This document shows, one piece after another, positions 10,501 through 20,130 of a stretch of 64,000 nt of DNA. Source of the stretch: a virus; the IMG/VR virus record IMGVR_UViG_3300032222_000151, positions 54,810 to 118,809 of that record. One strand, written 5' to 3'. The notes beneath the pieces were generated by a model. That model saw only the letters and a list, made by a program, of their open reading frames with translations, was not told the origin of the DNA and made no database searches. Position numbers and translations under genes: made by a program. The first letter of the stretch is position 1. The number at the start of each line of letters is the position of its first letter.

Positions 10501-13500
10501 GTCAAGAGCGTCTGAGTCTTTTTCAAATGCCTGAACCTTAGTAATGAAGTCTGTCTGTACTGTCTTGTTTATAACCTTGTCTGCTCCAAGAATATTTTGT
10601 GCTGCCACACCAATTGATTCAGATGTCGCACCACTAAACTTGGTAATTATGTTCATCATCTTTGGAGCAATATCTTTATTCTCTGTTGCCATTTGCAAAA
10701 GACTTCTAAATACTGACGGAGGTATATCTCCACTTGCCATCTTTGCTTGAATTAAAAATTCCTGTCCGCTATCAATTAGTCCAGACTTTCTCAGGTTTCC
10801 TGCCTGAGTATTAACAACATCTAGGTAGGCCAACTCATTAGGATTATTTTTGTATTTTGCACTAGTTGCCTTCTGCATTCCACTCATCATGGACTCTTGA
10901 AGACCTCCTGCGCTATTGTATTGAGAAACAATGTCTGCCTGTATAGCACCTTGTGCAGCAGTCAACTGATTTCTTTTATCAATTAACTTTTCTTGTAGTT
11001 CGTTTGCTTCATTAATTTTGCCCTGAAGTCTTAACTCTTCAACCTTCTTTTCCATATACATATCAAAAGAATCAAGCATTTGCTTGTTTTGCTCCATTGC
11101 AATCTTGGCATCAACGGCATATGCAGCACCTAGTTCTGCAGACTGATTTGCAAACTTCTTTGAAGCAAAGTATCCACCGATTGCTCCTGCTGCTGCACCA
11201 ATTCCTCCACCAATGATTGCTCCTACGGCATTTCCCAAAACTGGTACAACAGATCCTAGGGCTGCACCAATTGTTGCTCCGACTGCTGCGCCGCCTGCTG
11301 CTGATGCTCCAATACCAACCTTTTGCATAGTTTTTTGTCCAGCAAGTTTTTGTAGAGGGTTTGCATTTTCAATATTTGAAAAACTTGTCTGAAGGTTCTT
11401 TTTGTTTTGCTCAACCATCTTTACTCTAACTTCAAGAGGGCTGTTGACCAAGTTCTCTCCATTTGGACCTAGCAACTCTTCTATCTGTGCAATAACCTTG
11501 ATGCCCAAAGACATATCTCCTGCTTGTCTTGCAGCATTCATTGCTAAACTCTTTGCTTGACCAATATCCATTGCACCAGACATTACTGCTGTTGATAGTT
11601 GGTCTGTTAGATCTGATACCGCTTGACCACCCTTTCCTGCAGCATTTTGCTTTGAAAGTCTTTCTGTTAAAGCCTTTCCTTCTTTTGTCTGAACAAATGC
11701 TTCTCCGTATGTTGTCTTTCCTGTTGCTGGTCCTAGCATTGAGAAAGAGTTCTTTCTTCTTAAGTCCATTTGTTCTGAGGCTGTTGCTTTACCACTAAAC
11801 TTTGCTATTTCTTGAATTGCAGAAGCAGAACCCTTAAACTTTTCGCTTTCCTCTAAAACCTTCCTTTGTGCATTATCAAATGCCATTCTTAGGGCAACGA
11901 ATGCACCAACTGTTGCTGTCAGTCCAATTGCAACTGCTGCCATTGGGCTCTTTAGCATTGGCAAAACCATTGCAAGACCCATCAAAGGCATCATAACCTT
12001 TTGAGAAATTTCTCCAACCTTGCCTGGAGCCATTGATCCAATCATTGCAGCACCTGATGCGATACCAACTGCACCAGCCATGCCCATACCTGGGCTCTTT
12101 CCTGCTGCTATTTTTGCTTGTTTCTTTGCTTCTCTATTTTCAAAGTATGTTTTTGTTCTTCCAGAAAGAGTTCTCTTCTTTGCTTCTTCTGCTGCCTTTT
12201 GATCAATAATTGATTGTTTGTATGCTACCTTTTCTGCTAACTTACTTCTCTTCATTTCTTTTTGAGCATTGCGTCTCATAGACTTTGCATCTGCATCTAT
12301 TGGTCCCGTGCCGTAAAGCGCTGTTCTTGAGGCTGCTGCCTTTGCCTGTGTTTTTGCTTCAGCCTTTTGACGCTTCTCTAATTGACGACGTACAGACTTT
12401 GCATCTGCATCAACTGGACCAGTTCCATAGAGCATGGTTCTTGAGGCTGCTGCTGCAGACTGAGATATAGTTGTTCCAATATTTGCACCGACTGCTCTTG
12501 CTTCTGCAAGTGAACCCTTTGCGCCATTTACTAGTGCTGTTGCAACTGCACCTTGTGATTCTGGTGCATCAGCAAAACCAGCAACGGTTACTGATCCCTT
12601 TGGACCCTGTACGACCCTAGTGCCCTTCTTCGGCTTTGCAGTTATTCTAGTATCTTTTGAACTTCCAGAAGATGACTTAACGCCTTTAGGCTTTGGCTTT
12701 GTCTTTGGCTTCTTTAGGTTGCCCTTCTCATCTTCAATCATTTCATCTGGCTTTACCAAAATAGATGAATGCTTTGCATGGATGGCTCTCCAGTCAACCT
12801 TCTTTCCTTCTTCAAGTCGATCTATCATTGCCTGATAAACCTTTTGGTCTTCTGGTCCAAGACCGAAACTCTTTATAGTTTCTTTTAGTCTTGGTAGAAC
12901 TCTATCAATTTCATTAATCATTGATCTGTGGTATTCATCTGCTGTCATCTTCTTTGCAATGTCTGCAGTTGCATTACCAAACCAGAAAGGAGAGTTTCCT
13001 GCTGCTGGGCCCTTTACTCCACTTAAATTCTTTTCTGCCATTTCAAGCATTGAAGGTAACTTTGCTGCGTAATCTCTTGCTCCAGATGCTCTGTCAAATA
13101 CTCCAGCAGTTCCCACATCTGCAAGAATGTTTCCTCCAAGATTACCCTTCTTTAGATCTTTATCTGCACGAAGATTTGCTGCAACAAGTTGTCTAAAGTA
13201 TTGATCTTTATTAAACTTCTTATCCATTTGGTTTGGATCAAACTTTGAGTCAAATGCAGACTCAAGAGCATACATTAACTTTCCAGTGTAAGGATCTTTG
13301 ATGATTCTTAGTTCTTGCTTTGGTGCATCTAGACCGTGTACATCTCTTGCAATCTGTGTTGCTCTTTGTTCTGCAATTGCTGACTTCAAGTCAACCATTG
13401 GCTTTACATAAACCTTCTTACCATCTGCCGTTTCAAATACACCAGAGGCATCACGAGCAGCAACATTGCTGTATCCAGTTCCCTTTGAAATTTGCTTTCC

Positions 13501-16500
13501 ATAGGTTGTTACTGGCTTTCCATCTATGTCTTCTCCTGTAAGGCCCTGAAGAACTCCTCTTGCTGCTTTTAGTAGTGCAGGCTTTGATGTGTTTCCAATT
13601 TTAACTGCGCCTGTGTCTCCACCAGATCTTCCAGTAGCAAATCTATCTCCAACAAGGGATCCATTATTCTTTTTGTCTGTAAGAGTCCAGTCTTTTGGAT
13701 CTTTAGAATTTTTCTTTCCGCTAACTTCTGGTCTTTCGTATCCAATAAGTTTTCCATCTTTGTCAGTTAAAACATCAAGCATTATTCCTGGTGCTTTTAA
13801 CTTTAAATCTTCAATTGCAGAGATTGTTGCTCTATTGGTTTTAGGTCCGTCTTTCTTTATTTTTTCAATAAGATCTTCTACAGACATCTTGCCGTTATAC
13901 TTAACACTTGCCTTTGATCCACCGCCAACACCTGCTACTGCGTAGATGCTCTCAATTGCTGGAGCAAGTCTAGGGTCTCTTGCAAGTCCGCCAAGAATTC
14001 CTGTCTTAAGGTTACCCATTCTAGAGTAGATGGTTTTATCTCCAATTAAGGTTCCATCTGGCAAACCCTGTAGTGAAAGAATAAGGTTCTTGCGAATCCT
14101 GTTAGTAACCTTTGCTGCTTCTTCAGCAGTCAAACTGCTTGGTGGCTTCATTAAGTTTGCAGTCATTGTTTCTACTGCACGAGGCTTTCTTAGTTCTGCT
14201 TCGTATTCTCTTACTTCTACACGATTGTCTCTAAGTCTTGCATGTACATCACTTGCAATGTCAAACCCAAGACCACGGTATCCAAATGCTTTATCAATGC
14301 CTCTTGCACCAAGATCCTTAGCCTTTCCTTCAAACTCTGGCGGAACCTGTCCTACACCCATCACTTGTGGGCTTGTTGCATGTGCAAAATCTGTTTCTAC
14401 TTTTCTTCTTTTACCCTTTTTAGTTACTCCAGTTGTTCCTTCACTAAATCCTTGAATGGTTTCTCCTGCAACCATTCTGGCAATTACTGGTCTGTTTGCT
14501 GGATCCTGTGCAGCCTGTGCTGGGATTACTGCTTCTCCAGGAGTAAGCATTGTTGGAACTGTATCTTTATTACCTGTTCCTGGAACACTTGTTGTACCGT
14601 TTGAGTATTTCTTTAATCCCTTTCCACCTGCACCACCACGGACTGGGCCTGTAAATCCAACTTGTGCAGCAATTGCTCTTCTGTATGCTGCAGCCAAAGC
14701 ATTAACCGCTGTTGTCTCAGAGGTAAATGTTTGCTTAAGTCTTGTATGTACTTGATCTAGAGATGCTGCAACGGCAGATGCTTCTAACTGCTCTTTAGTT
14801 AAATAAGAAGTCTGCTCTCCTAATACCTTACTTGCTGATCCTGCTCGATTGTACATCGACTTCATGTTTGCAAATAGTTTGATTATGTTTGCAGCAGCGT
14901 TAGCAATTAAACCAAATGTCATCAGAAGAATCGGACCAATTCCTCCAACTGCAACAGTAAATATAGTTAAAAACTTTTTACTTCCATCGCCCAAGTTATT
15001 AAACTTTTCCAAAACCTTTGATGCAAACTCAACGATAGGTGTTAGGGCCTTTAGGAACTGCTCTCCAACTGGAGCAATAGTAACCTTTAAATCTTCGATT
15101 GCTTTCTTAAACTTGTATGTTGTTGTGTCTTCGATCTTATCTAATTCTCGTTGTGACAGGATTGCCAGTTCTTCTGTGGTTGCCTGTGCAAGTCCAAGGA
15201 CTCTGGAAGCCTGTGTTCCTTGTGCTGTAACGTTCTGGAACAATGTAGAAAGTCTTGAGAACTGGAACTTACCAAACAATTGTTCAATTGCACGAGCACG
15301 GTTTAGAGGATCAAGTGTATCTAGTGCCTGTGCGAACCCTACTACAGTCTTTGTTACATCTCCTTGATTTGCTTCTACAATACCCTTGATGTTTACGCCA
15401 AGACCTGCTAAAAACTTTGATGCCTTTTCGGATGGATTAATTAATGATGCAAGACCAGACTTAAGTGCGTTAGCACCTTCTGATGCATTAATTCCACCTT
15501 CCTTCATTGCTGTTAGGAAGAATGCTAAATCTTCTACATCTCCACCTAGTTGCTGAACAACTGGTCCAGCCTTTGGAATTGCAATCGTTAAGTCTTCAAT
15601 AGATACAACAGTTTGGTTTTCAACAGAGTTAAGGAAGTCAATCTTCTTTGCTAGATCTTCTGCTGCTATACCAAAAGCATTTGTAATTGAGATTGTGGTT
15701 TCTAGAGCCTGTGCTTGCTCAACTCCACCAAGAACAGCAAGTCTGGTTGCTTGTGCAACCTGTGCAGTTAGTTCTGCACCTTGCTTACCCATTGCTGCAG
15801 CATCTGCAGCCATCTTCATTGTCTCTTCTACTGCAACGCCGTACTTGGTATATTCTTTTGCAAGGGTTTGAATCTGCTTAACCATTGCATCTGTTTCTTC
15901 TTGCGTTGTAAACATTTCACCGTAAACACGCTTAAACCTAATTGCCTGCTCTTCAAGTTTCATAAATGTCTTGGCAGCAGTTGTTCCAAGCATTGCCAGT
16001 GGAACTGTAAAACCAACCATCAACTGACGACCAGCCCACTGAGTGTTCTTACCAAAGTTAAGTAGGTTTGTTGAGCCTTGCTTTAATAATTGATTAAGTA
16101 GTTGCTGTCTTTGTGCAGCAATTGCTGTTTGTGTTCCAAGATTTTTCATGTCAAGTGTAAGAGGTCTTACAGCAATTGACTCTAGGGCTCCGTTAGCGCC
16201 TCTGCCCAACTTAATGTATTGGGTCTGGATATCCTTAACACGCTCTCGTGCAACCTTGTTGATTGTTTCAAATTCAGATCTAAAAAGTCTTCCGAATGTC
16301 TTTGTTGCAGCACCTGTATATCTAAAGTACTCTCTAGAGGTTAACTTGTTTCTCTCTAGGGCATCTGTAAAGTGCTCTGTACTTGATGTAACTTTTCTAA
16401 GTGATGCTTGAAATTGTCCTGTAGCATTTATGCTGTTCATCAAGTTTTGTGCTTGATTTGCTGCTACCGCTGATGCTGACGCACCAGACTTTGCCATTTG

Positions 16501-16599
16501 TGTATGGAAGGCTGATATCTGACGTTGTAGAAGTTTTAGACTTGCTAAAGCATCGGACGTATCAATATTTACATGAATATTGGATTGAACATCAGCCAT
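7522..16599 (-). CDS. Tape measure protein with internal kinase-like insertion
   Basis: 3025 aa; TP901-type core (AGPVVQQLGGDVEDL..EGANALKSGL), coiled coils, hydrophobic segments, C-terminal DTVPAMLTPGEF motif; follows tail chaperones. Confidence 0.9.
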   Translation of the reverse strand: MADVQSNIHVNIDTSDALASLKLLQRQISAFHTQMAKSGASASAVAANQAQNLMNSINATGQFQASLRKVTSSTEHFTDALERNKLTSREYFRYTGAATKTFGRLFRSEFETINKVARERVKDIQTQYIKLGRGANGALESIAVRPLTLDMKNLGTQTAIAAQRQQLLNQLLKQGSTNLLNFGKNTQWAGRQLMVGFTVPLAMLGTTAAKTFMKLEEQAIRFKRVYGEMFTTQEETDAMVKQIQTLAKEYTKYGVAVEETMKMAADAAAMGKQGAELTAQVAQATRLAVLGGVEQAQALETTISITNAFGIAAEDLAKKIDFLNSVENQTVVSIEDLTIAIPKAGPVVQQLGGDVEDLAFFLTAMKEGGINASEGANALKSGLASLINPSEKASKFLAGLGVNIKGIVEANQGDVTKTVVGFAQALDTLDPLNRARAIEQLFGKFQFSRLSTLFQNVTAQGTQASRVLGLAQATTEELAILSQRELDKIEDTTTYKFKKAIEDLKVTIAPVGEQFLKALTPIVEFASKVLEKFNNLGDGSKKFLTIFTVAVGGIGPILLMTFGLIANAAANIIKLFANMKSMYNRAGSASKVLGEQTSYLTKEQLEASAVAASLDQVHTRLKQTFTSETTAVNALAAAYRRAIAAQVGFTGPVRGGAGGKGLKKYSNGTTSVPGTGNKDTVPTMLTPGEAVIPAQAAQDPANRPVIARMVAGETIQGFSEGTTGVTKKGKRRKVETDFAHATSPQVMGVGQVPPEFEGKAKDLGARGIDKAFGYRGLGFDIASDVHARLRDNRVEVREYEAELRKPRAVETMTANLMKPPSSLTAEEAAKVTNRIRKNLILSLQGLPDGTLIGDKTIYSRMGNLKTGILGGLARDPRLAPAIESIYAVAGVGGGSKASVKYNGKMSVEDLIEKIKKDGPKTNRATISAIEDLKLKAPGIMLDVLTDKDGKLIGYERPEVSGKKNSKDPKDWTLTDKKNNGSLVGDRFATGRSGGDTGAVKIGNTSKPALLKAARGVLQGLTGEDIDGKPVTTYGKQISKGTGYSNVAARDASGVFETADGKKVYVKPMVDLKSAIAEQRATQIARDVHGLDAPKQELRIIKDPYTGKLMYALESAFDSKFDPNQMDKKFNKDQYFRQLVAANLRADKDLKKGNLGGNILADVGTAGVFDRASGARDYAAKLPSMLEMAEKNLSGVKGPAAGNSPFWFGNATADIAKKMTADEYHRSMINEIDRVLPRLKETIKSFGLGPEDQKVYQAMIDRLEEGKKVDWRAIHAKHSSILVKPDEMIEDEKGNLKKPKTKPKPKGVKSSSGSSKDTRITAKPKKGTRVVQGPKGSVTVAGFADAPESQGAVATALVNGAKGSLAEARAVGANIGTTISQSAAAASRTMLYGTGPVDADAKSVRRQLEKRQKAEAKTQAKAAASRTALYGTGPIDADAKSMRRNAQKEMKRSKLAEKVAYKQSIIDQKAAEEAKKRTLSGRTKTYFENREAKKQAKIAAGKSPGMGMAGAVGIASGAAMIGSMAPGKVGEISQKVMMPLMGLAMVLPMLKSPMAAVAIGLTATVGAFVALRMAFDNAQRKVLEESEKFKGSASAIQEIAKFSGKATASEQMDLRRKNSFSMLGPATGKTTYGEAFVQTKEGKALTERLSKQNAAGKGGQAVSDLTDQLSTAVMSGAMDIGQAKSLAMNAARQAGDMSLGIKVIAQIEELLGPNGENLVNSPLEVRVKMVEQNKKNLQTSFSNIENANPLQKLAGQKTMQKVGIGASAAGGAAVGATIGAALGSVVPVLGNAVGAIIGGGIGAAAGAIGGYFASKKFANQSAELGAAYAVDAKIAMEQNKQMLDSFDMYMEKKVEELRLQGKINEANELQEKLIDKRNQLTAAQGAIQADIVSQYNSAGGLQESMMSGMQKATSAKYKNNPNELAYLDVVNTQAGNLRKSGLIDSGQEFLIQAKMASGDIPPSVFRSLLQMATENKDIAPKMMNIITKFSGATSESIGVAAQNILGADKVINKTVQTDFITKVQAFEKDSDALDFTKNIIKLNNLNSVIPSDFLVGFYIDPKNKAAYDELNRVLDAIETQKPKTIDAVYNIIPELRGSAAFDETYFKSLTDDQKQVYTTTIASVINIPDPQIVADDDYQAWLKETGPRGGAGVKGSVAFKIQKYKEAQGFKAVTNNTQITANAPTSSSSSSGGGNKVQSSELDDLVKRLRDVRKNQIKVTEGWGASQKALNNLFGGSKTIKIFSGIENDMRSLGAGEDLIDLITGMDPKEYEKRKKSLFEFDKKGNITKIKDNARSIGDALQSVKLGEFVSEQEKMSRQIGDQVTALKRLQAAGVDGSVALEAVADATFAAAVANKRLTDAELKKITAAAKKATKAQREMAAIQLATGETTDLENRAKILAKMTKDLSGLSSDTIAAILDSPALQAVMLEFGIDSERFKKLLQLTLDKANVELKIKKMTIPGMEEIFQDGFNKATEAFDVEEKKYQLKFDIDTKQANKDIEAAQNEIAKKQFDIDDKEAGLKQIEEQEKKINEKYDERIAALDQVEKANAAISEQQKGQLTLAEALTSGDIAAAARAAQDMRAKEAADAATKQKDALEKSREFELSGVKTKDGKTRKQLEAEIKKLQDEIFDIEEKKLEPAQELIRLREIQLKKEIDGITVLGKTRAEWEGIKNLVDLARIKSAQFVKAMQDALDIYPKLITAYENQKVNTDPINPTGTTTGTPTVTGTGTATGTDTGGDDDPKINPGSNGSTGTNPEFRGNAGSTPDGSTGGSKNNSGTTPAKNNNTSDPFYNSSLLHREDLDRMALDAKKNLMLFEQNMNVADVMKNAGTTPGLHLKSLYDQQNAAAIQNAMKPTPGMLAQEKAVRDAAARDAAAAKKAKENASADSARAAAAAKDAKRKQEEILKKFGGNAAAANAFGNWSTGGLIPKYFSFGGFAKGTDTVPAMLTPGEFIMSKYAVDSYGVDTMRKINKGDSIGGSVYNNTYTLTVNAKTNANPNEIAQAVMSTIKQVDDRRIRGVNINGR

Positions 16600-16617
16600 C
16601 CATTAACACCTCTTTAT

Positions 16618-16941
16618 TTAGTTATTTACAAGATTGCCAATTAAAGATGCGTCTGAAAGTTTGATTCCAGATGCTTCTTCAACGATCTTGTATACAGTTG
16701 GAAGGTCTAGATTTTCTTCTAGGGCTTCCTTGTCATCTGCCAATTCTGGCTTGTATTGTTGCATTGCAATTTGAACACAGTCAATAAGTAGATCCATTGA
16801 CTTTTCGTTATCTTCTGCTACCTTTGCGATATCTTCAAACTTCTTCATAAATGGACGAAGTAGAGATATCTTTAGTGGTCTTACCTTGATCTTTGTTCCG
16901 TCGATCAGAGTTACTGTTTTTTCTTCAGTGGCGGTTGCCAT
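16618..16941 (-). CDS. Tail assembly chaperone, short form
   Basis: 107 aa immediately upstream of tape measure; SD AGGAGG; paralogous to N-terminus of 16998-17678. Confidence 0.7.
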   Translation of the reverse strand: MATATEEKTVTLIDGTKIKVRPLKISLLRPFMKKFEDIAKVAEDNEKSMDLLIDCVQIAMQQYKPELADDKEALEENLDLPTVYKIVEEASGIKLSDASLIGNLVNN

Positions 16942-16997
16942 TTATTCCTCCTTATAAGGTTTAGTCAATTATACCATAGCGCAGGCTTATTTTTTTA

Positions 16998-17678
16998 TTA
17001 TTCATAAACTTCGTAATCAAGCCCCATGCCTATTCCAAAACCAGCCTTTTCAGCATTTACACCCTGTAAGGCTAGAATATCATTACCATCTGTGGTTTTA
17101 CCCTTGCTAAAAACTCTAGCCTTCATGTCTTCCCACTCGTTGCCACTGCCTGAGTTTTTATCCAGATCTACACCTTGCATAGCAGCGGAGAACTTCTTAT
17201 CGCTATAATCCAATTCTCTTTTTATCTTTAAAGTTGCTGTTAGTTCTTGCATAGACATTGACGACTCCAGTTCATCATAGTCTTTCCATATTCCAAGAAG
17301 GAATGCTTCTGACTCTAGTTTTGCCAAGTCCAATGTTTCCCATGATGAACCGCTATCTACCGCCTGATCTTTAACAGTATCATCTGACTTTTGATTAATT
17401 TTAATTCCTGCTGCGATATCTATAACCTCATAAATTGTTGGCAAGTCCAGACTGTCTTCAACATCTTCTGTAGTTTTAATTGATGGGCAGTACTGCTTCA
17501 TTGCGATTCTGGCACAGTCAACAAGAACAGCAATAGACTCATCATCTGTTTTTGCATTTTTAATACTTTCAAATACTTCTAGGAATTCTCTTAAATATTT
17601 TATTTTTAATGGTACAGCAGTAACGACTTGACCGTCTACTAAATAAAAATCTTTTTTGTCATAAATTCTTGTTGCCAT
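16998..17678 (-). CDS. Tail assembly chaperone, long (G-T-like) form
   Basis: Start moved to MATRIY (ATG 17678, 6 nt after TGGTATACT); between tail tube and tape measure. Confidence 0.7.
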   Translation of the reverse strand: MATRIYDKKDFYLVDGQVVTAVPLKIKYLREFLEVFESIKNAKTDDESIAVLVDCARIAMKQYCPSIKTTEDVEDSLDLPTIYEVIDIAAGIKINQKSDDTVKDQAVDSGSSWETLDLAKLESEAFLLGIWKDYDELESSMSMQELTATLKIKRELDYSDKKFSAAMQGVDLDKNSGSGNEWEDMKARVFSKGKTTDGNDILALQGVNAEKAGFGIGMGLDYEVYE

Positions 17679-17697
17679 AATATAAGTATACCAAACA

Positions 17698-17729
17698 GAA
17701 AGGCCCAACCCCGAAGGATTGAGCCTCTC
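17698..17729 (-). terminator. Hairpin with C(UUCG)G loop downstream of major tail gene
   Basis: Minus strand GAGAGGCTCAATCC-TTCG-GGGTTGGGCCTTTC, then TGTTT. Confidence 0.7.
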
Positions 17730-17744
17730 GTATATTAAGTTGTA

Positions 17745-18428
17745 TTATGGTGTTACTGATGTCAATGAGCGGTCTACGATCTTACCGTATGATGCGTCAT
17801 CGTTTGGAAGAAGACGGAATGAAACTTCAAACATTGAAGCCTCGTCACGCTTAGCAGATACTGTAACATTCTCAATTGAGAGTGCACGGTATGCAACATA
17901 AATTCTTTCCTTTGGTGTTAGCGCAGAACCAGATCCTGGTCCTACTGCTACAAGGCCACGCTCTAGTGGAACGTCGCCAATATCGCCAGCAGACATCTTA
18001 AGAGTTGTTGCTCCTGATGCTGTTGACTTGTCTGAGTCATCTCCTGCAATTGCTACTAGAAGATTTTCTAGTGTTGCCTCTGCAAAAGCAGTATTTAGAT
18101 TAACTGTCATACCTTGCTTGAATAAACGAGCAACGTCAAGAAGTTGATCTACTGCTACTTCACCAAAATCTGGCTGAAAAGCAAGTTCCAAACCATTAGA
18201 TGTGTATCCAATGTTTGTGTAATCTTCTGTCCAGTCTGGTGTCAGAGTATCGTCTGACAACGTTTCCTTTATAGAAGTTGTTGACTGTGCGAATGAAGGT
18301 AGATCTAATGCTGCTTGAGCATCGGTAATCTTTCCATCTTCATCAAGTCCGATTGGGCCTGCATTATGTGTGAAAAGTGCTGCTGCACCCACGATAATGT
18401 TACTACTTGAACCACGGCTATATGCCAT
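17745..18428 (-). CDS. Major tail (tube) protein
   Basis: NIIVGAAALF, IGYTSNGLEL, AEATLENL motifs typical of siphovirus tail tubes; SD GAGGTG before MAYSRG. Confidence 0.8.
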   Translation of the reverse strand: MAYSRGSSSNIIVGAAALFTHNAGPIGLDEDGKITDAQAALDLPSFAQSTTSIKETLSDDTLTPDWTEDYTNIGYTSNGLELAFQPDFGEVAVDQLLDVARLFKQGMTVNLNTAFAEATLENLLVAIAGDDSDKSTASGATTLKMSAGDIGDVPLERGLVAVGPGSGSALTPKERIYVAYRALSIENVTVSAKRDEASMFEVSFRLLPNDDASYGKIVDRSLTSVTP

Positions 18429-18491
18429 ATTTCTCACCTCTTTCATTTTATTAAAAGGGGGTTGTTTCCTCGCTTTAATTATACTACCCGT

Positions 18492-19010
18492 TTATGATGG
18501 GTTTATTGGGTGCCAATCGTAGTCTATGATGATCTTATTCCCCGCATAAGTACGGGCTGTTCCAAAGTCTACTATATCTCTGGTTTCTTCTAGTTGGTAG
18601 ATCTTAAAGTTGTGGAAGAATAGTGGCAAAGAGTTTGTGTCCCAATCACTCTCGTTTGCTGTGGCCCATTCATTTAGGTCTTTTGCTGAGTCGTCTCCGT
18701 TGTCAAGCAAATCGCTTATCTTTTGCTGAGTAATAATCATATTCTTTTGTGCATTCTCACCTACAGAATAAAAATAATATAGCAATTGCTCACACTTGAT
18801 ATATGGGAATGGAGTTCTTCTCATTTTAAACATTCTGTCATATACGCCAAAGACTCCGTTGCTAAGTGGGAATGTTTCAGTTAAAGAGTCAATTTGTGTT
18901 GGAAGGGTTGGAAAAAAATAAGTCACTCCAGAAGAACCAAAACTTGGACCTATCTTGTCTGCCAAGTAAGCGTTGATAATTGTTGGAGGATGATGAATTA
19001 CTGCAGTCAT
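18492..19010 (-). CDS. Putative tail terminator/completion protein
   Basis: 172 aa; synteny just upstream of tail tube. Confidence 0.5.
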   Translation of the reverse strand: MTAVIHHPPTIINAYLADKIGPSFGSSGVTYFFPTLPTQIDSLTETFPLSNGVFGVYDRMFKMRRTPFPYIKCEQLLYYFYSVGENAQKNMIITQQKISDLLDNGDDSAKDLNEWATANESDWDTNSLPLFFHNFKIYQLEETRDIVDFGTARTYAGNKIIIDYDWHPINPS

Positions 19011-19684
19011 TATGCACCTACCCCTGCGTTAGCAATCCAGCGATAGCCAGTTGACACACCTTTTGTCTTGCCCATCTTTTTGCCTGCCTGCATATCTTTT
19101 CTATAAACCTGTGGATTTTCAAGATACTGTGCAACACCGCTTACTCTTAAGAACGCTTGTGAAAAATATCTGTTAAAGAACATATCGAAAACCTTTTCAA
19201 ATCCGCCTTGAACTTCTGTTCCTCCAGGATTATCTACTCTTACTTCATTTTTTGTAAACACCATTTCTCCATTTTCTTCAAATGCTAAAGCCTGTGCAAC
19301 TCTTGGTCTAATTACAACTGGAATACCTTCTTCCATAATTCTTGCTTTGTCATAAAAAGGAACTCTTGATCCATTCTTTATTGATGTGGACTGGCTAAAC
19401 GATGATCTAAAAGAGAGTCCTAAGTTACTTGTTGTATATGATATGTCATACAGTCTTGCGCTTGGGCTTCCAGTTTGATTCCATTCGTATATGTGGTGAA
19501 GCATATCTGGATTAACTCTTGCGTTTGAATCAATAAATTGCTTCATTACCTCAACAGTTTCCATGCCCAGAGTTTTTAAAAATATAGTCTTTCCTTTTTG
19601 AACACCTTCTAAAAAACCAACTGAATAATCAATTATGTTATTCATTTCTTTTTTAAACTGATTAGAATTAAATACAGTCCTCAT
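19010..19684 (-). CDS. Putative neck/tail completion protein
   Basis: 224 aa; synteny. Confidence 0.5.
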   Translation of the reverse strand: MRTVFNSNQFKKEMNNIIDYSVGFLEGVQKGKTIFLKTLGMETVEVMKQFIDSNARVNPDMLHHIYEWNQTGSPSARLYDISYTTSNLGLSFRSSFSQSTSIKNGSRVPFYDKARIMEEGIPVVIRPRVAQALAFEENGEMVFTKNEVRVDNPGGTEVQGGFEKVFDMFFNRYFSQAFLRVSGVAQYLENPQVYRKDMQAGKKMGKTKGVSTGYRWIANAGVGA

Positions 19685-20130
19685 ACGTCACCTGTCTGAT
19701 TCTCTGATCTTCTAATTACTACCTTATACGATTCAACCACTCCGAATGGGCCTACGAATGGCTCATATGTGGCTATTTCAAATAGTGTACCCTTTCCAGA
19801 TCGTGGGCCAGAGGTTTCTATGTATACAAGATTTCCTTCTTGATCTTTGATATCTGTTATCAATATATTTGTTAAAGAGTTTTTGTTATCACGAGAAGAT
19901 ATTCTTAGATCAGACTTTACTCTACCGATGAGAATTGAGTTCTGTGTTATATTTACATTTGGCTTTACTTCTTCTTTAAATGCTGATCCTCCTGATGAAA
20001 AACTACAGGCAAAAACCCTATCTAATATCCATTGCTTTTTAATTGCACCAAAATCACCTTGCTCAACTATTGGGTGATATACAGACGCTTGCATTGGAAA
20101 CATGAAGTCTGGGGTTTCGCAAACAGTCAT
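19681..20130 (-). CDS. Putative head-closure protein
   Basis: 149 aa; synteny after adaptor. Confidence 0.5.
   Translation of the reverse strand: MTVCETPDFMFPMQASVYHPIVEQGDFGAIKKQWILDRVFACSFSSGGSAFKEEVKPNVNITQNSILIGRVKSDLRISSRDNKNSLTNILITDIKDQEGNLVYIETSGPRSGKGTLFEIATYEPFVGPFGVVESYKVVIRRSENQTGDV

Noticed and set aside
12300-14600. TMP insert as an intein or homing endonuclease
   Set aside because: No C/S..HN splice junction or LAGLIDADG/HNH motifs seen
16600-17000. Programmed -1 frameshift in tail chaperone
   Set aside because: No slippery heptamer noticed near the end of the short gene, and no downstream frame before the TMP start
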